The position numbers and the translations under genes were made by a program. A stretch of DNA of 64,000 nt from positions 192,001 to 256,000 of the forward strand of contig CAVZMH010000015.1 of assembly GCA_963776345.1 (NCBI GenBank). Direction: 5' to 3'. This document shows positions 29,921 through 41,806 of the stretch, piece after piece. The first letter of the stretch is position 1, and each line of letters opens with the position of its first letter. This DNA is from an uncultured delta proteobacterium. GTDB lineage: Bacteria; Myxococcota; Myxococcia; Myxococcales; Myxococcaceae. Below the pieces are notes generated by a model. It saw nothing but the letters and a program-made list of their open reading frames with translations, made no database searches and had not been told where the DNA came from.

Positions 29921-29936
29921 GGGCACGCCCGTTGCT
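29921..29936 (+). promoter_or_regulatory. Sigma54 -24/-12 promoter of the di-haem protein gene
   Basis: GGGCACGCCCGTTGCT, GG-N10-GC; about 70 bp upstream of GGAGGAG and ATG. Confidence 0.7.
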
Positions 29937-30008
29937 CATGGGCCCCTTGCTCGAAGCGCGCGCCCACCAGGTGGCCGGACGCGCGCGGTCCCTGGGAGGA
30001 GAGTCCCC

Positions 30009-31514
30009 ATGTCGAAGTTCCTGGAGCCCGACCGGCACCCGCACGGTCCGGAGCCCGTTCTGTCTCTTGCCGCGGGCCTGCTGCTCGCAACGGCGCTGCT
30101 CGTGTCTCGATCCGCGGCCGCCGGAGAGCCGGAGGACGCGCCGCTCCCTTCGCTCGGCGGGGTTCATGACCCCGGTCCTCGCGGAGGCTCACCCGGCGCG
30201 GGCGGGCCCCTCCCCGGGCTCACCACCAGCGAGCTGGCGCTGTTCAACGAGGGCCAGTTCCGGGCCTCGGAGCTCGAGGCGACCTGCGACACCTGCAGCG
30301 ACGTGCCTCCGGGGACCCGCATCCCTCCGGGGTCGCCGCCGGACACCACCAACTCGGCGGGCCTCGGTGGCCGGTTCAACTCCGACCAGTGCCTGGCCTG
30401 TCACTCGCATCCGGCGGCGGGCGGAACCTCCGGGGCGGTGAATCCCTCGTTCTCCATCGCCCGCCACAAGGGGGCCACCAACCGGGTTCCCTTCTTCGAG
30501 ACGATGGACGGCCCCACGCGCGAGGTGCGCTTCCTCTTCAACGAGGACGGGACCCGCGACGGCTCGGTGCACCAGAAGTTCACCGTGACCGGCCGCTCCG
30601 ACGCTCCGAACTGCCGCCTGGCGCAGCCGGACTTCGAGCGCGCCGCCATCGTCAACGGGCTGGCCTTCCGCATCCCCACGCCGCTGTTCGGGCTGGGGCT
30701 CGTCGACTCCATCCCCGACGGCGAGATCATGTCCCACCTGGCGTCCAACCCGGGGCGGAAGCGAGAGCTCGGGATCCACGGGACGCCGAACCGGGCGACG
30801 AACAACGCCACCATCGGGCGGTTCGGGTGGAAGGCGCAGAACGCCTCCATCACCGTGTTCGCCGGCGAGGCCTACAACGTGGAGATGGGCGTCACCAACG
30901 AGCTGTTCCCGATCTCCAAGACCGAGGACGCCAAGTGCAACCTCGGCGCGGAGCCGAACGACGTCACCCGCGTGGACGACCAGAAGTTCAACGACCCGCT
31001 CGAGGTGATGGCCGACTGGCTGATGTTCTCACTCTTCACGCGGTTCCTGGACGCGCCCCAGCCGGCCGCCCTGACCCCGGACGCCCAGCACGGCGCCCAG
31101 CTCTTCGAGCAGGTGGGCTGCAGCGAGTGCCACGTCCCGAGCATGAAGACCCGCCCTGCCCCGCTCGGGCCACAGTCGGGAGCGCTGGCCGGAAAGACGG
31201 TGAACCTCTTCTCGGACCTGGTCCTGCACCACATGGGGGCGAACCTGGCGGACAACGTCATCCAGGGCGACGCCGGGCCGGACATGTTCCGCACCTCGCC
31301 GCTGTGGGGCGTGGGGCAGCGGCTATACTTCCTCCACGACGGCCGGGCCCGGGACCTCCAGAGCGCGATCCGGGCCCACTACTCGCCGCCCTCGCCGGCG
31401 CGCGGCCGTGACCCGGCATACCCGCCCAGCGAGGCGAACCAGGTGGTGCGCAACTACTTCCGGCTCACCGCGGGCCAGCAGCAGGACGTGCTGGAGTTCC
31501 TCCGGTCGCTGTAA
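30009..31514 (+). CDS. Di-haem oxidoreductase family (DHOR/DUF1111-like) exported c-type cytochrome
   Basis: Signal segment; CLACH and CSECH haem motifs; GRFGWKA, EMGVT, FSDLVLHHMG, RTSPLWG, LHDGRA. Confidence 0.88.
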   Translation: MSKFLEPDRHPHGPEPVLSLAAGLLLATALLVSRSAAAGEPEDAPLPSLGGVHDPGPRGGSPGAGGPLPGLTTSELALFNEGQFRASELEATCDTCSDVPPGTRIPPGSPPDTTNSAGLGGRFNSDQCLACHSHPAAGGTSGAVNPSFSIARHKGATNRVPFFETMDGPTREVRFLFNEDGTRDGSVHQKFTVTGRSDAPNCRLAQPDFERAAIVNGLAFRIPTPLFGLGLVDSIPDGEIMSHLASNPGRKRELGIHGTPNRATNNATIGRFGWKAQNASITVFAGEAYNVEMGVTNELFPISKTEDAKCNLGAEPNDVTRVDDQKFNDPLEVMADWLMFSLFTRFLDAPQPAALTPDAQHGAQLFEQVGCSECHVPSMKTRPAPLGPQSGALAGKTVNLFSDLVLHHMGANLADNVIQGDAGPDMFRTSPLWGVGQRLYFLHDGRARDLQSAIRAHYSPPSPARGRDPAYPPSEANQVVRNYFRLTAGQQQDVLEFLRSL

Positions 31515-31639
31515 AGCCGGACGAGTCCCTCGCGGGAAGCGGGCGGCGATGGCCACGCTCCGTCGCCGTCCGCGTCGTGGCCAGTGGAGCCCGGGCCGTG
31601 CGCCAGCGCTTCGCGGCTCCGGGACGCGAGCGGAACGCG

Positions 31640-32017
31640 TCAGCCGGACTGGAGCACCACGGTCGCGGCGGCGACTCCCGCATCGTGGGTGAGCGCCAGG
31701 AGAACCTGGGCCCGCCGCGCTGCGACCTCTCGCGCGGCCACGCCGGCGAGCGCGAAGGCCGGCGCGCCGCTCGACGCCTTGACGACCTCCATGTCCCGCC
31801 AGCGGATCCCCGGAGGCGCGCCCAGCGCCTTCACCAGCGCCTCCTTCGCCGCGAACCGGCCGGCGTAGGCCGCTGCGCGGTCGCTTCGCGACTCGCAGGT
31901 CGCGATCTCGGCGGGGGTGTAGACCCGTTCGCGGAAGCGCGCGCCGTTCGGCCCAGCCAGGATCGTGGCGACGCGCTCGACCGAGCAGACATCCATACCC
32001 AGACCGACCACGGCCAT
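31640..32017 (-). CDS. acpS: Holo-[acyl-carrier-protein] synthase
   Basis: GLGMD, AGRFAAKEA, GAP, LTHD. Confidence 0.95.
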   Translation of the reverse strand: MAVVGLGMDVCSVERVATILAGPNGARFRERVYTPAEIATCESRSDRAAAYAGRFAAKEALVKALGAPPGIRWRDMEVVKASSGAPAFALAGVAAREVAARRAQVLLALTHDAGVAAATVVLQSG

Positions 32018-32019
32018 CC

Positions 32020-32742
32020 TCAGACGCCCCGCATCAGGGCGAGCATGTCCCGCACCGCCCGGTCCATGCCCACCAGCACCGAGCGGGCGATGATGGCGTG
32101 GCCGATGTTCAGCTCGTCGATCTCCTCGAGGCGGGCGATGGCCTGGACGTTGTCGTAGTTGAGCCCGTGCCCGGCCGCGACGCCGAGGCCGAGCTTGGCG
32201 CCGGCCCGCGCCGCGTCCATCACCCGGGTCAGCTCGCGGGCACGCTCCTTGGCGTTCCGGGCCTCGCAGTACCGGCCGGTGTGCAGCTCGATCCGGTCCG
32301 CCCCGAGCTTGTGCGAGGCGCGCAACGCGTCCAGGTCCGGGTCGATGAAGAGCGAGACCAGGATGTCGCCGTCCTTGAGGTGGCGGACCGCCTGCGCCAG
32401 CGACTCGCGCTGGCCGGTCACGTCCAGCCCGCCCTCGGTGGTCAGCTCCTCCCGGCGCTCGGGCACCAGGGTGACCAGGTCCGGCTTCACCTCGTAGGCG
32501 ATCTTCACCATCTCCTGGGTCGCCGCCATCTCGAGGTTGAGCAGCGTCTGGCAGGTCTCGCGGAGTAGCTTGAGGTCGCGGTCCTGGATGTGCCGCCGGT
32601 CCTCGCGGAGGTGGATGGTGATCTGCCCCGCCCCGGCGGCCTCGGCCAGCGCCGCCGCGGTCACCGGGTCCGGGTACGCGGCCCGGCGCGCCTGGCGCAG
32701 GGTGGCCACGTGGTCGACGTTCACGCCCAGTCGCTGTCCCAT
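32020..32742 (-). CDS. pdxJ: Pyridoxine 5'-phosphate synthase
   Basis: [45 protein letters not shown]. Confidence 0.97.
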   Translation of the reverse strand: MGQRLGVNVDHVATLRQARRAAYPDPVTAAALAEAAGAGQITIHLREDRRHIQDRDLKLLRETCQTLLNLEMAATQEMVKIAYEVKPDLVTLVPERREELTTEGGLDVTGQRESLAQAVRHLKDGDILVSLFIDPDLDALRASHKLGADRIELHTGRYCEARNAKERARELTRVMDAARAGAKLGLGVAAGHGLNYDNVQAIARLEEIDELNIGHAIIARSVLVGMDRAVRDMLALMRGV

Positions 32743-32764
32743 GTGACGGCGTTGTATCGCAACT

Positions 32765-34147
32765 TCAGCCGAGCGCAGCGCTCAGGGCGGCGGCAATCGA
32801 CTGGGCATGCTCCTCGTTGCGCTGGCTGTCCGGCCCCTCGATCAGGATGCGGACCTTGGGCTCGGTGCCGCTGTACCGGACGAACACCCGGCCGTCCTTG
32901 CCCAGCTTGGCCCGGGCCGCCTCGATGGCCGCGTTGACTCCCGGGAGACCCTCGAGGTCCTTCCGCTCCTTGACCGCGAGCGAGAGCAGGGTCTGGGGCA
33001 CCGGCTCGAAGATGCTGGCCAGCTCCGAAAGCGGCTTCTGCTGGCGGCACATGACGGCCAGGAGCTGCAGCGCCGCGAGGGTCCCGTCCCCGGTCGTGGC
33101 GTGGTCCAGGAAGACCAGGTGCCCGGACTGCTCCCCGCCGAGGCTGTGCCCCGCGCGCCGCATCTCCTCGACCACGTAGCGATCGCCCACCTTGGTCCGG
33201 ACGACCTGCACGCCCCACCGGCCCACCGCCCGCTCCAGGCCCACGTTGGACATCACCGTCGTCACCAGGGTCTTTGTCCGGAGGCGGTCGCGGGCGACCA
33301 GCTCGCCGGTGCACACCGCCATGATCGCGTCCCCGTCGACGAGGCGGCCCTTCTCGTCGGCGACGATCAGCCGGTCGGCGTCCCCGTCGAGCGCCAGGCC
33401 CAGGTGGGCTCCATGCTCGACCACCGCCCGGGCCATGCTCTCGGGGTGCACCGCGCCCACCCCGTCGTTGATGTTGGTGCCGTTCGGCTCGCAGGCCAGG
33501 GGCACCACGGTGGCCCCGAGCTCCTGGAGGACGGCGGGCGCGGTCCGGTAGCCGGCCCCGTGCGCGCAGTCGACGACGATCTTCATCCCCTCCAGCGTCA
33601 GCTCGCGCGGAAAGGTGTTCTTGAGGAAGACGATGTACCGGCCGCGGGCGTCGTCGAGCCTGAAGGCGCGGCCGATCTTGTCGGCCGTCGGGCGGATCTC
33701 GTCGATCTGCCCGCTGGTGATCAGCTCCTCGAGCTTCTCCTCCGTCTCGTCCGGAAGCTTGAAGCCGTCGCGCCAGAAGAACTTGATGCCGTTGTCCTGG
33801 TAGGGGTTGTGCGAGGCGGAGATGACCGCCCCGGCGTCGGCGCGCATCGAGGTGGTGATGTTGGCGATGCCGGGCGTGGGCAGCGGGCCCACCAGCTCCA
33901 CGTCCACGCCCATCGAGGTGATGCCCGCGGCCAGCGCCTGCTCCAGCATGTAGCCGGAGAGCCGGGTGTCCTTGCCGATGACCACCCGGTGCCGGTGCGC
34001 GCCGTTGCGGATGAGGAAGGCCAGCGCCCGGCCGAGCTGCATCGCCACCTCGGCGGTCATCGGCCAGACGTTGGCCGTCCCCCGGACGCCGTCCGTGCCA
34101 AACAGCCGCGCCTTCGCCTGCGCCTCTGGAGACTTCATCAACTTCAC
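32765..34147 (-). CDS. glmM: Phosphoglucosamine mutase (start may be ATG at 34138)
   Basis: [42 protein letters not shown]. Confidence 0.96.
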   Translation of the reverse strand: MKLMKSPEAQAKARLFGTDGVRGTANVWPMTAEVAMQLGRALAFLIRNGAHRHRVVIGKDTRLSGYMLEQALAAGITSMGVDVELVGPLPTPGIANITTSMRADAGAVISASHNPYQDNGIKFFWRDGFKLPDETEEKLEELITSGQIDEIRPTADKIGRAFRLDDARGRYIVFLKNTFPRELTLEGMKIVVDCAHGAGYRTAPAVLQELGATVVPLACEPNGTNINDGVGAVHPESMARAVVEHGAHLGLALDGDADRLIVADEKGRLVDGDAIMAVCTGELVARDRLRTKTLVTTVMSNVGLERAVGRWGVQVVRTKVGDRYVVEEMRRAGHSLGGEQSGHLVFLDHATTGDGTLAALQLLAVMCRQQKPLSELASIFEPVPQTLLSLAVKERKDLEGLPGVNAAIEAARAKLGKDGRVFVRYSGTEPKVRILIEGPDSQRNEEHAQSIAAALSAALG

Positions 34148-34250
34148 TTGCTCGACCCTCCCGCCGCCCGTCACGCCTCCCCGGGTCGGATCCCATGCTA
34201 TGGACCGCGACCCGCTCCCGCAAGGCAAGCGAGGTGGCCGAGGGTGGGTG

Positions 34251-36146
34251 CTACTCCTCGAGCGTGGAGAGGTCTCCGGCGTCCTTCCCCATCTCCTGCG
34301 CCCGGAGCAGCCGCCGGACGATCTTCCCGCTGCGGGTCTTCGGCAGCTTGTCCACGACCACGATGCTGCTGGGCGTGGCGATCGGCCCGAGCTCGTGGCG
34401 GACGTGCTTCACCAGCTCGGCCTCGAGCTCGGGGGTCGCCTTGCGCCCCGCGCGGAGGATGCAGAACGCCTTGATGCCCTCGCCCTTCACCGGGTCCGGG
34501 ATGCCGATGACCGCCGCCTCGGCGACGGCCGGGTGGCTGATCAGGGCGCTCTCCACGTCGGCGGTGCCGATGCGATGCCCGGCGACGTTGAGCACGTCGT
34601 CGCTGCGGCCGAGCACGGTGAAGTAGCCGTCCTTGTCCCAGCTGGCGACGTCACCCGCGGCGTAGACCTGGCCGGGGATCTCCTCCCAGTACTGGCGCCA
34701 GCGCTCGTGATCGCCCCAGACGGTGCGCATCATGTGGGGGAACGGACGGCGGAGCGCGAGCACCCCACCCTGCCCCTTCGGGACCTCCTTGCCGTCGGTG
34801 TCCACCACCACCGCGTCCACCCCGGGGAGCGCCAGGCCCACTGCCCCGGGCCGGGCGGGGATGCACAGCGGCGTGCCGAGCGCCGGACCACCGAGCTCGG
34901 TCTGCCACCAGTTGTCGGCGATGAAGCCGCGCTTGCCCCCGTCCACCAGGTGCTCGAACGCCCAGCGGCAGGCCTCGGGGTTCAGCGGCTCGCCGGCCAC
35001 GGTGATCAGCCGGAGCGAGGAGAGGTCGGACTTGGCCGGGAGCTCGCCGCCGAACTTCATGAACATCCGCAGCGCGGTCGGCGCGGTGAAGATGACGTTC
35101 ACCTTGTGCTTCTCCACCACCCGCCAGGCGATGGCCGGATCGGGGAAGTCGATCGCCCCCTCGCGCACCACGGTGGTGATGCCCTCCACCAGCGGCGCGT
35201 AGACGATGTACGAGTGACCCACCACCCAGCCGATGTCGCTGGTGCACCAGAAGACGTCGTCGTCCTTGAGGTCGTAGAAGGTCCGGAGGTGGTAGGCGGT
35301 GCCCACCATGAAGCCGCCGTGCACGTGCACCACACCCTTCGGCTTCCCGGTGGACCCCGAGGTGTAGAGGATGAACAGCGGGTGCTCGCTGTCCACCTGC
35401 ACCGGCGCGACGTCGGGCTTGCTGCGCTGGATCAGCTCGCGGAAGTCCACCTCGTTCTTCTTGAGCGGCCGCCCGCCTCCGCTCCGCCGCTGGAACCAGA
35501 CCACGTGCTCCACCACGTCCAGTCCGGGGAGCGCCTCGTCGACGATGCCCTGCAGCTCCACCACCTTGCCCCGCCGGAAGCCGATGTCGCCGGCGATGAT
35601 GACCTTCGCTCCGGCGTCGAGGATGCGGTCCTTGAGCGCGCCGACGCCGAGCCCGGCGTAGACCACCGAGTGGATGGCGCCGAGCCGGGCCACCGCGAGC
35701 ATCGAGGCGATGCCCTCGAGGGTGAGCGGCATGTAGATGATGACCCGGTCGCCCACCCCGACCCCGAGCGAGCGCAGGCCGCTGGCCAGGCGCGAGACCA
35801 GGTCGCGCAGCTCGCCGTAGGTGATGCTCCGCTCGGTCCCGTCCTCGTCCATGCAGATGAAGGCGCGGTGGTTCCGGCGTGGCCCGTCGGCGTGCCGGTC
35901 GAGCGCGTTCTCGGTGATGTTGGTCTTGGCGCCGACGAACCACTGGTGGTCGGGCACCCGCCAGTCCAGCACGCGGGTCCACGGCTGGGACCACTTGAAG
36001 CCCTTCGCCACCTCGCCCCAGAACCCCTGCGGGTCGGCGAGGCTCCGCGCATGTTCCGCCCGCACGTCCTGAAGGTTCGCGGCGCGGCGCACCTTCTCCG
36101 GCGCCGGGATGCCCTCGCCCACTTCGAGGAGATGCTCGAGTGCCAT
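34251..36146 (-). CDS. acs: Acetyl-CoA synthetase
   Basis: [40 protein letters not shown]. Confidence 0.93.
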   Translation of the reverse strand: MALEHLLEVGEGIPAPEKVRRAANLQDVRAEHARSLADPQGFWGEVAKGFKWSQPWTRVLDWRVPDHQWFVGAKTNITENALDRHADGPRRNHRAFICMDEDGTERSITYGELRDLVSRLASGLRSLGVGVGDRVIIYMPLTLEGIASMLAVARLGAIHSVVYAGLGVGALKDRILDAGAKVIIAGDIGFRRGKVVELQGIVDEALPGLDVVEHVVWFQRRSGGGRPLKKNEVDFRELIQRSKPDVAPVQVDSEHPLFILYTSGSTGKPKGVVHVHGGFMVGTAYHLRTFYDLKDDDVFWCTSDIGWVVGHSYIVYAPLVEGITTVVREGAIDFPDPAIAWRVVEKHKVNVIFTAPTALRMFMKFGGELPAKSDLSSLRLITVAGEPLNPEACRWAFEHLVDGGKRGFIADNWWQTELGGPALGTPLCIPARPGAVGLALPGVDAVVVDTDGKEVPKGQGGVLALRRPFPHMMRTVWGDHERWRQYWEEIPGQVYAAGDVASWDKDGYFTVLGRSDDVLNVAGHRIGTADVESALISHPAVAEAAVIGIPDPVKGEGIKAFCILRAGRKATPELEAELVKHVRHELGPIATPSSIVVVDKLPKTRSGKIVRRLLRAQEMGKDAGDLSTLEE

Positions 36147-36259
36147 GCCGCGCCTCCTGACGTCGTCTGACGAGGGAACAGGCCACGCGCCCGCGGCGAT
36201 TTCAAGCGGCGACCGGCCGCGCAGATCTTGCGCGCCCCGGAGTGGCTCGGCGCGAGGCG

Positions 36260-37483
36260 TCAGGCCGGGGGAGGACCCCACGAATCGCCGCCCTCGCGGG
36301 CTTGGGCGATGGCATCGGCCACCGCCAGCGCGTCCTTCGCCTCGCCGACGTCGTGCACCCGGACGACGTCCGCGCCGCGGAGCACCGCCACCGCGGCGAT
36401 CGAGGCCAGGGTTCCCGCGACCCGCCGCTCGGGAGGGCGCCCCCCGGCCAGCGTCCCGAGGAACCGCTTGCGGCTGGTCCCCACCAGCACCGGCGCGCCC
36501 AGGACGCGCAGCTCGGCCAGGTGCCGGAGGAGGAAGAGGTTGTGGCCCACCGTCTTCCCGAAGCCGATGCCCGGATCGACCCACAGCCGCTGTCGCGAGA
36601 CGCCGGCGGCCACCGCCCGCTCGATGCTGCCGGCGAGCCCCTCGATGACCTCGGCGACGAGGTCGTCGTACCGGGGGTCCGCCTGCATCGTCTCCGGCGT
36701 CCCCTGGATGTGCATCAACGCCAGCACCGCGCCGGCCTCCGCCACCACCGCCGCCAGCGCCGGGTCGTGCCCGAGCCCGCTCACGTCGTTGACCAGCATC
36801 GCGCCGGCCCGGAGCGCCTCGCGCGCGACCTCCGCCTTCCGGGTGTCGACGGACAGGGGAACGTCGGTGGTGGCCCGGAGGGTCTCGATGACCGGGAGCA
36901 CCCGCTCGAGCTCGACCTGCACCGGAACCTCACCGGCGCCCGGCCGGGTCGACTCTCCCCCGATGTCCAGGAGGTCCGCCCCCGCCTCGACCAGGGCGTG
37001 CGCGTGCCGCACGGCGGCCTCGCGCTCGAGGTGCCGGCCCCCGTCGCTGAAGCTGTCGGGCGTGACGTTCACCACCCCCATGACCTGGGTTCGCTCGCCC
37101 CAGCGGAAGGTGCGGCCGCCGAGCACCGTCGGATCCGGCGGCGCGCCGGCGGCGAGCGCGGCGTCCAGCGCGCGGGCGAGCCCACCGAGCCCCTGACGCT
37201 CGGCGACCCGGGCCAGCGCGTCGATGCCGGCACGCGGTCCGGAGACGGTCGCCCCCCCCGCGCGCCGCTCCGGGTCCGAGAGGACGCAGGCGAGGCCCAG
37301 GGCGTCCTGCTCGCGGAGGAGCCGCGACTCGGCCGGGCCGAGCCCGGTGAGCAGGAGGTGCGCGCGGGCGACGGACCCGAGCAGCCGCTGCCGCGCAGCC
37401 GGCTCGAGGCCCAGCCGCTCCCAGGCGGGCTCGAGATCGCCGTCGCGATCCATGGCGATGGGCCGGGCGAGGATCATCGGCAC
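36260..37483 (-). CDS. folP: Dihydropteroate synthase with N-terminal extension
   Basis: MGVVNVTPDSFSDGG, GGESTRPG, DPGIGFGK, GTSRK, RVHDV. Confidence 0.95.
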   Translation of the reverse strand: MPMILARPIAMDRDGDLEPAWERLGLEPAARQRLLGSVARAHLLLTGLGPAESRLLREQDALGLACVLSDPERRAGGATVSGPRAGIDALARVAERQGLGGLARALDAALAAGAPPDPTVLGGRTFRWGERTQVMGVVNVTPDSFSDGGRHLEREAAVRHAHALVEAGADLLDIGGESTRPGAGEVPVQVELERVLPVIETLRATTDVPLSVDTRKAEVAREALRAGAMLVNDVSGLGHDPALAAVVAEAGAVLALMHIQGTPETMQADPRYDDLVAEVIEGLAGSIERAVAAGVSRQRLWVDPGIGFGKTVGHNLFLLRHLAELRVLGAPVLVGTSRKRFLGTLAGGRPPERRVAGTLASIAAVAVLRGADVVRVHDVGEAKDALAVADAIAQAREGGDSWGPPPA

Positions 37484-37607
37484 AGCCCGGAGTGCTAGCA
37501 GAGAACGCCCGCCCCGGGGGGCGGCGGAGGCGAACGCCCCGAGACGACGCTGCCCCCGCCGGCCGGAGCCAGCGAGGGCAGTGGGACGTTCCGTCCTCGA
37601 GGACGGC

Positions 37608-39521
<1,914 letters not shown>

Positions 39522-39644
39522 GTGTGGACTGCCCCTTTCGACTCCGGGCGCGACCTCGAGCCCCCGGACGGGTCCGAGATCCAGCATTCTGACGGGCCCC
39601 TTGGGCCGGTCGCAAGCGCTCGCACGGGCGCGCCCGGCTGGCGC

Positions 39645-40964
39645 CTATAACGTACCCTGGTCCCCAGCGCTCGGCTCCGGGGCCGGGCGGCGCTCGAGGG
39701 CTTCCGCGCGAAGGAACGGCCCGGGCCCGGTGTGCGCCCGGGGCCAGAGCCCCACCACCCACAGCACCCGGCCGCGCGCGTCCGCCACCAGGGGCCAGCC
39801 TCCTCGCTCCTCGGCGGGCACGGCCGCGTCGACCAGCACGTCCTGCACCCGCCGGGTGGGCCCGGCCTCGGGGCCGACCCGGTCTCCCGGCCGGCGGGCG
39901 CGCACCACCAGCGGCGGCGTCGCCCCTCCCACCGGGACGCCCGGCCCCTCGCCGAGCGTGACCCGGAAGGGACCGAACTGGACCGGCGCTCCCGCCTGGA
40001 GCTCGACCACGGAGGTCTCGGGCGGGGCGTGCGGGGTCAGCACGCGCACCCAGCCTCCCTCGGCGCCGAGCACCGCCCGGCCGGGGAGTCCGGTCCGGCC
40101 CCCCCGGTCGACCGCCGCGCCGATCTCCCGGAGCAGGCGGTCGGAGACGCCGTGACCCTGGGCCTCGAGCCACGCGCGGAGCACCCGGGAGCGGATGGGC
40201 CAGGGGAGCGCGCGCACCGCCACGGCGTCGAGCCCGGCGCCGTCTCGCACCCGCTGGAGCGCCTGGGCCGCCAGCCCCGACAGCAGCTCCTCGTCCTCGG
40301 CCGCCGAGCGGGCGAAGCGGGCCAGCCGCTCGACGACGGAGGGCCCGGCGGCCTGGCGGAGCACCGGCAGCACGTGGTGGCGGATGCGCGTCCGGAACAG
40401 CCCCGGGTCCTCGTTGGTCGGGTCGCGCGCCGGCTCGAGCCCGGCGGCGGCGACGGCGGCCTCGGTCTGCGACCGGCGCACGGCGAGGAGCGGGCGAAGG
40501 AGCCTCGGCCCCACCGCCCGGATGGCGGCCGCCCCGCGGAGGGCCGACCCGCGGGCCAGGCGCATCAGCAGCGTCTCGGCCTGGTCGTCGGCGGTGTGCG
40601 CGGTGGCGATGGCGGCATAGCCGTGCGCACGGGCGATGCGGTCCAGCGCAGCGTACCGGGCCGCCCGCGCCCTCGCCTCCGTCCCCGCGCCCGCCGGCAG
40701 CCCCAGCGACTCGGTGTGGAACGGCAGGCCGAGCGAGCGCGCGAGCTCCCGGACGCGCTCCACCTCGGCCGCCGACTCCGGCCGGAGCCCGTGGTCCAGC
40801 GACGCGACCCCCGTCCGCTCGCTCGCCACCTCGGCCGCCGCCAGCATCAGAGCCAGCGAATCCACTCCGCCGGACACGGCCACGAGAATTCTTCCAGCCT
40901 GGCGCTCGAACGCGGCGGCCACCGCCCGGCGGATGGCATCTCGGTTCATCCGGTCGTCGTGCAT
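39645..40964 (-). CDS. tilS: tRNA(Ile)-lysidine synthetase (start 40964 or 40949)
   Basis: VAVSGGVDS, DHGLR, ARAARY, TAHTADDQAET, RPLL, DPTN; upstream of ftsH. Confidence 0.93.
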   Translation of the reverse strand: MHDDRMNRDAIRRAVAAAFERQAGRILVAVSGGVDSLALMLAAAEVASERTGVASLDHGLRPESAAEVERVRELARSLGLPFHTESLGLPAGAGTEARARAARYAALDRIARAHGYAAIATAHTADDQAETLLMRLARGSALRGAAAIRAVGPRLLRPLLAVRRSQTEAAVAAAGLEPARDPTNEDPGLFRTRIRHHVLPVLRQAAGPSVVERLARFARSAAEDEELLSGLAAQALQRVRDGAGLDAVAVRALPWPIRSRVLRAWLEAQGHGVSDRLLREIGAAVDRGGRTGLPGRAVLGAEGGWVRVLTPHAPPETSVVELQAGAPVQFGPFRVTLGEGPGVPVGGATPPLVVRARRPGDRVGPEAGPTRRVQDVLVDAAVPAEERGGWPLVADARGRVLWVVGLWPRAHTGPGPFLRAEALERRPAPEPSAGDQGTL

Positions 40965-41372
40965 GCCCACAGCCATCCACAAGGGTGCCGACATCGCACC
41001 GGTCAGCAGGTTGAGACCCGTCGGTGCCGGCCTTAGAATGACAGTCAGTCGGTGGCAGTGGCGACGGGGGTGAGGAATGGGCGGGCCACCGGACGTGTTC
41101 TTGGTCTGAAAATTGATGAGTGTTGGGCCTAGGGGTCCCCCCCCTCCCCCTCTGGGCCCACGGGGGTCGCAGGGAGTCAATCTCTGCCGCCCCTTCTTTC
41201 CCGGGCGCCCCGGTTCCTTCGCTGGAACCGGGGCGTTCGCTTTCGTGGAACCTGTTCAAATGATTGACCGATCCCCGGGGGTGGCGGAGACTCTCCCCTG
41301 AGCACGTCGGCGCACCTTTCGGAATGCGGTCCGACGTTGACTTTTGACCTGACCCGGGGAGCACCGACGACG

Positions 41373-41582
41373 ATGGCTGGGACCGACAAGCGTAAGCAGA
41401 GTTTGTACTTCCCGGAGGAGATGCTCCGGGAGATCCAGGAAGAGGCCACGCGGCAGGATCGCTCGCTCTCCTGGGTGGTGCAGCAGGCCTGGCGGATCGC
41501 GCGCGAGCGGATCAAGGCCTTCCCTGCGGTGAACGACGTGACCGGCGAGCCCGCGCTTCCGGACACGCGCGAGGAGGCCTGA
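41373..41582 (+). CDS. cdbA: Ribbon-helix-helix c-di-GMP/DNA-binding protein, CdbA-like
   Basis: KRKQSLYFPEEML.EI..EA.RQDRSLSW pattern of the myxobacterial tandem small-protein family. Confidence 0.85.
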   Translation: MAGTDKRKQSLYFPEEMLREIQEEATRQDRSLSWVVQQAWRIARERIKAFPAVNDVTGEPALPDTREEA

Positions 41583-41767
41583 TGCCGGGCACGGATCACC
41601 GCAAACAGTCGCTGTACTTCCCCGAGGAGATGCTGATGGAGATCCAGCACGAGGCGACACGGCAGGACCGGTCGCTCTCCTGGATCGTCCAGCAGGCCTG
41701 GAAGGTCGCCCGGGGCGACATCCAGAAGATGCCCTCGGTCAACGACGTCCTCACCGGAGCACGCTGA
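41582..41767 (+). CDS. cdbB: Ribbon-helix-helix paralog, CdbB-like
   Basis: HRKQSLYFPEEML...RQDRSLSW; start overlaps the upstream paralog's stop. Confidence 0.85.
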   Translation: MPGTDHRKQSLYFPEEMLMEIQHEATRQDRSLSWIVQQAWKVARGDIQKMPSVNDVLTGAR

Positions 41768-41806
41768 CCACTCCGGCGGGAGCCCTCTCCGGCGACGTCC
41801 CTGCGC

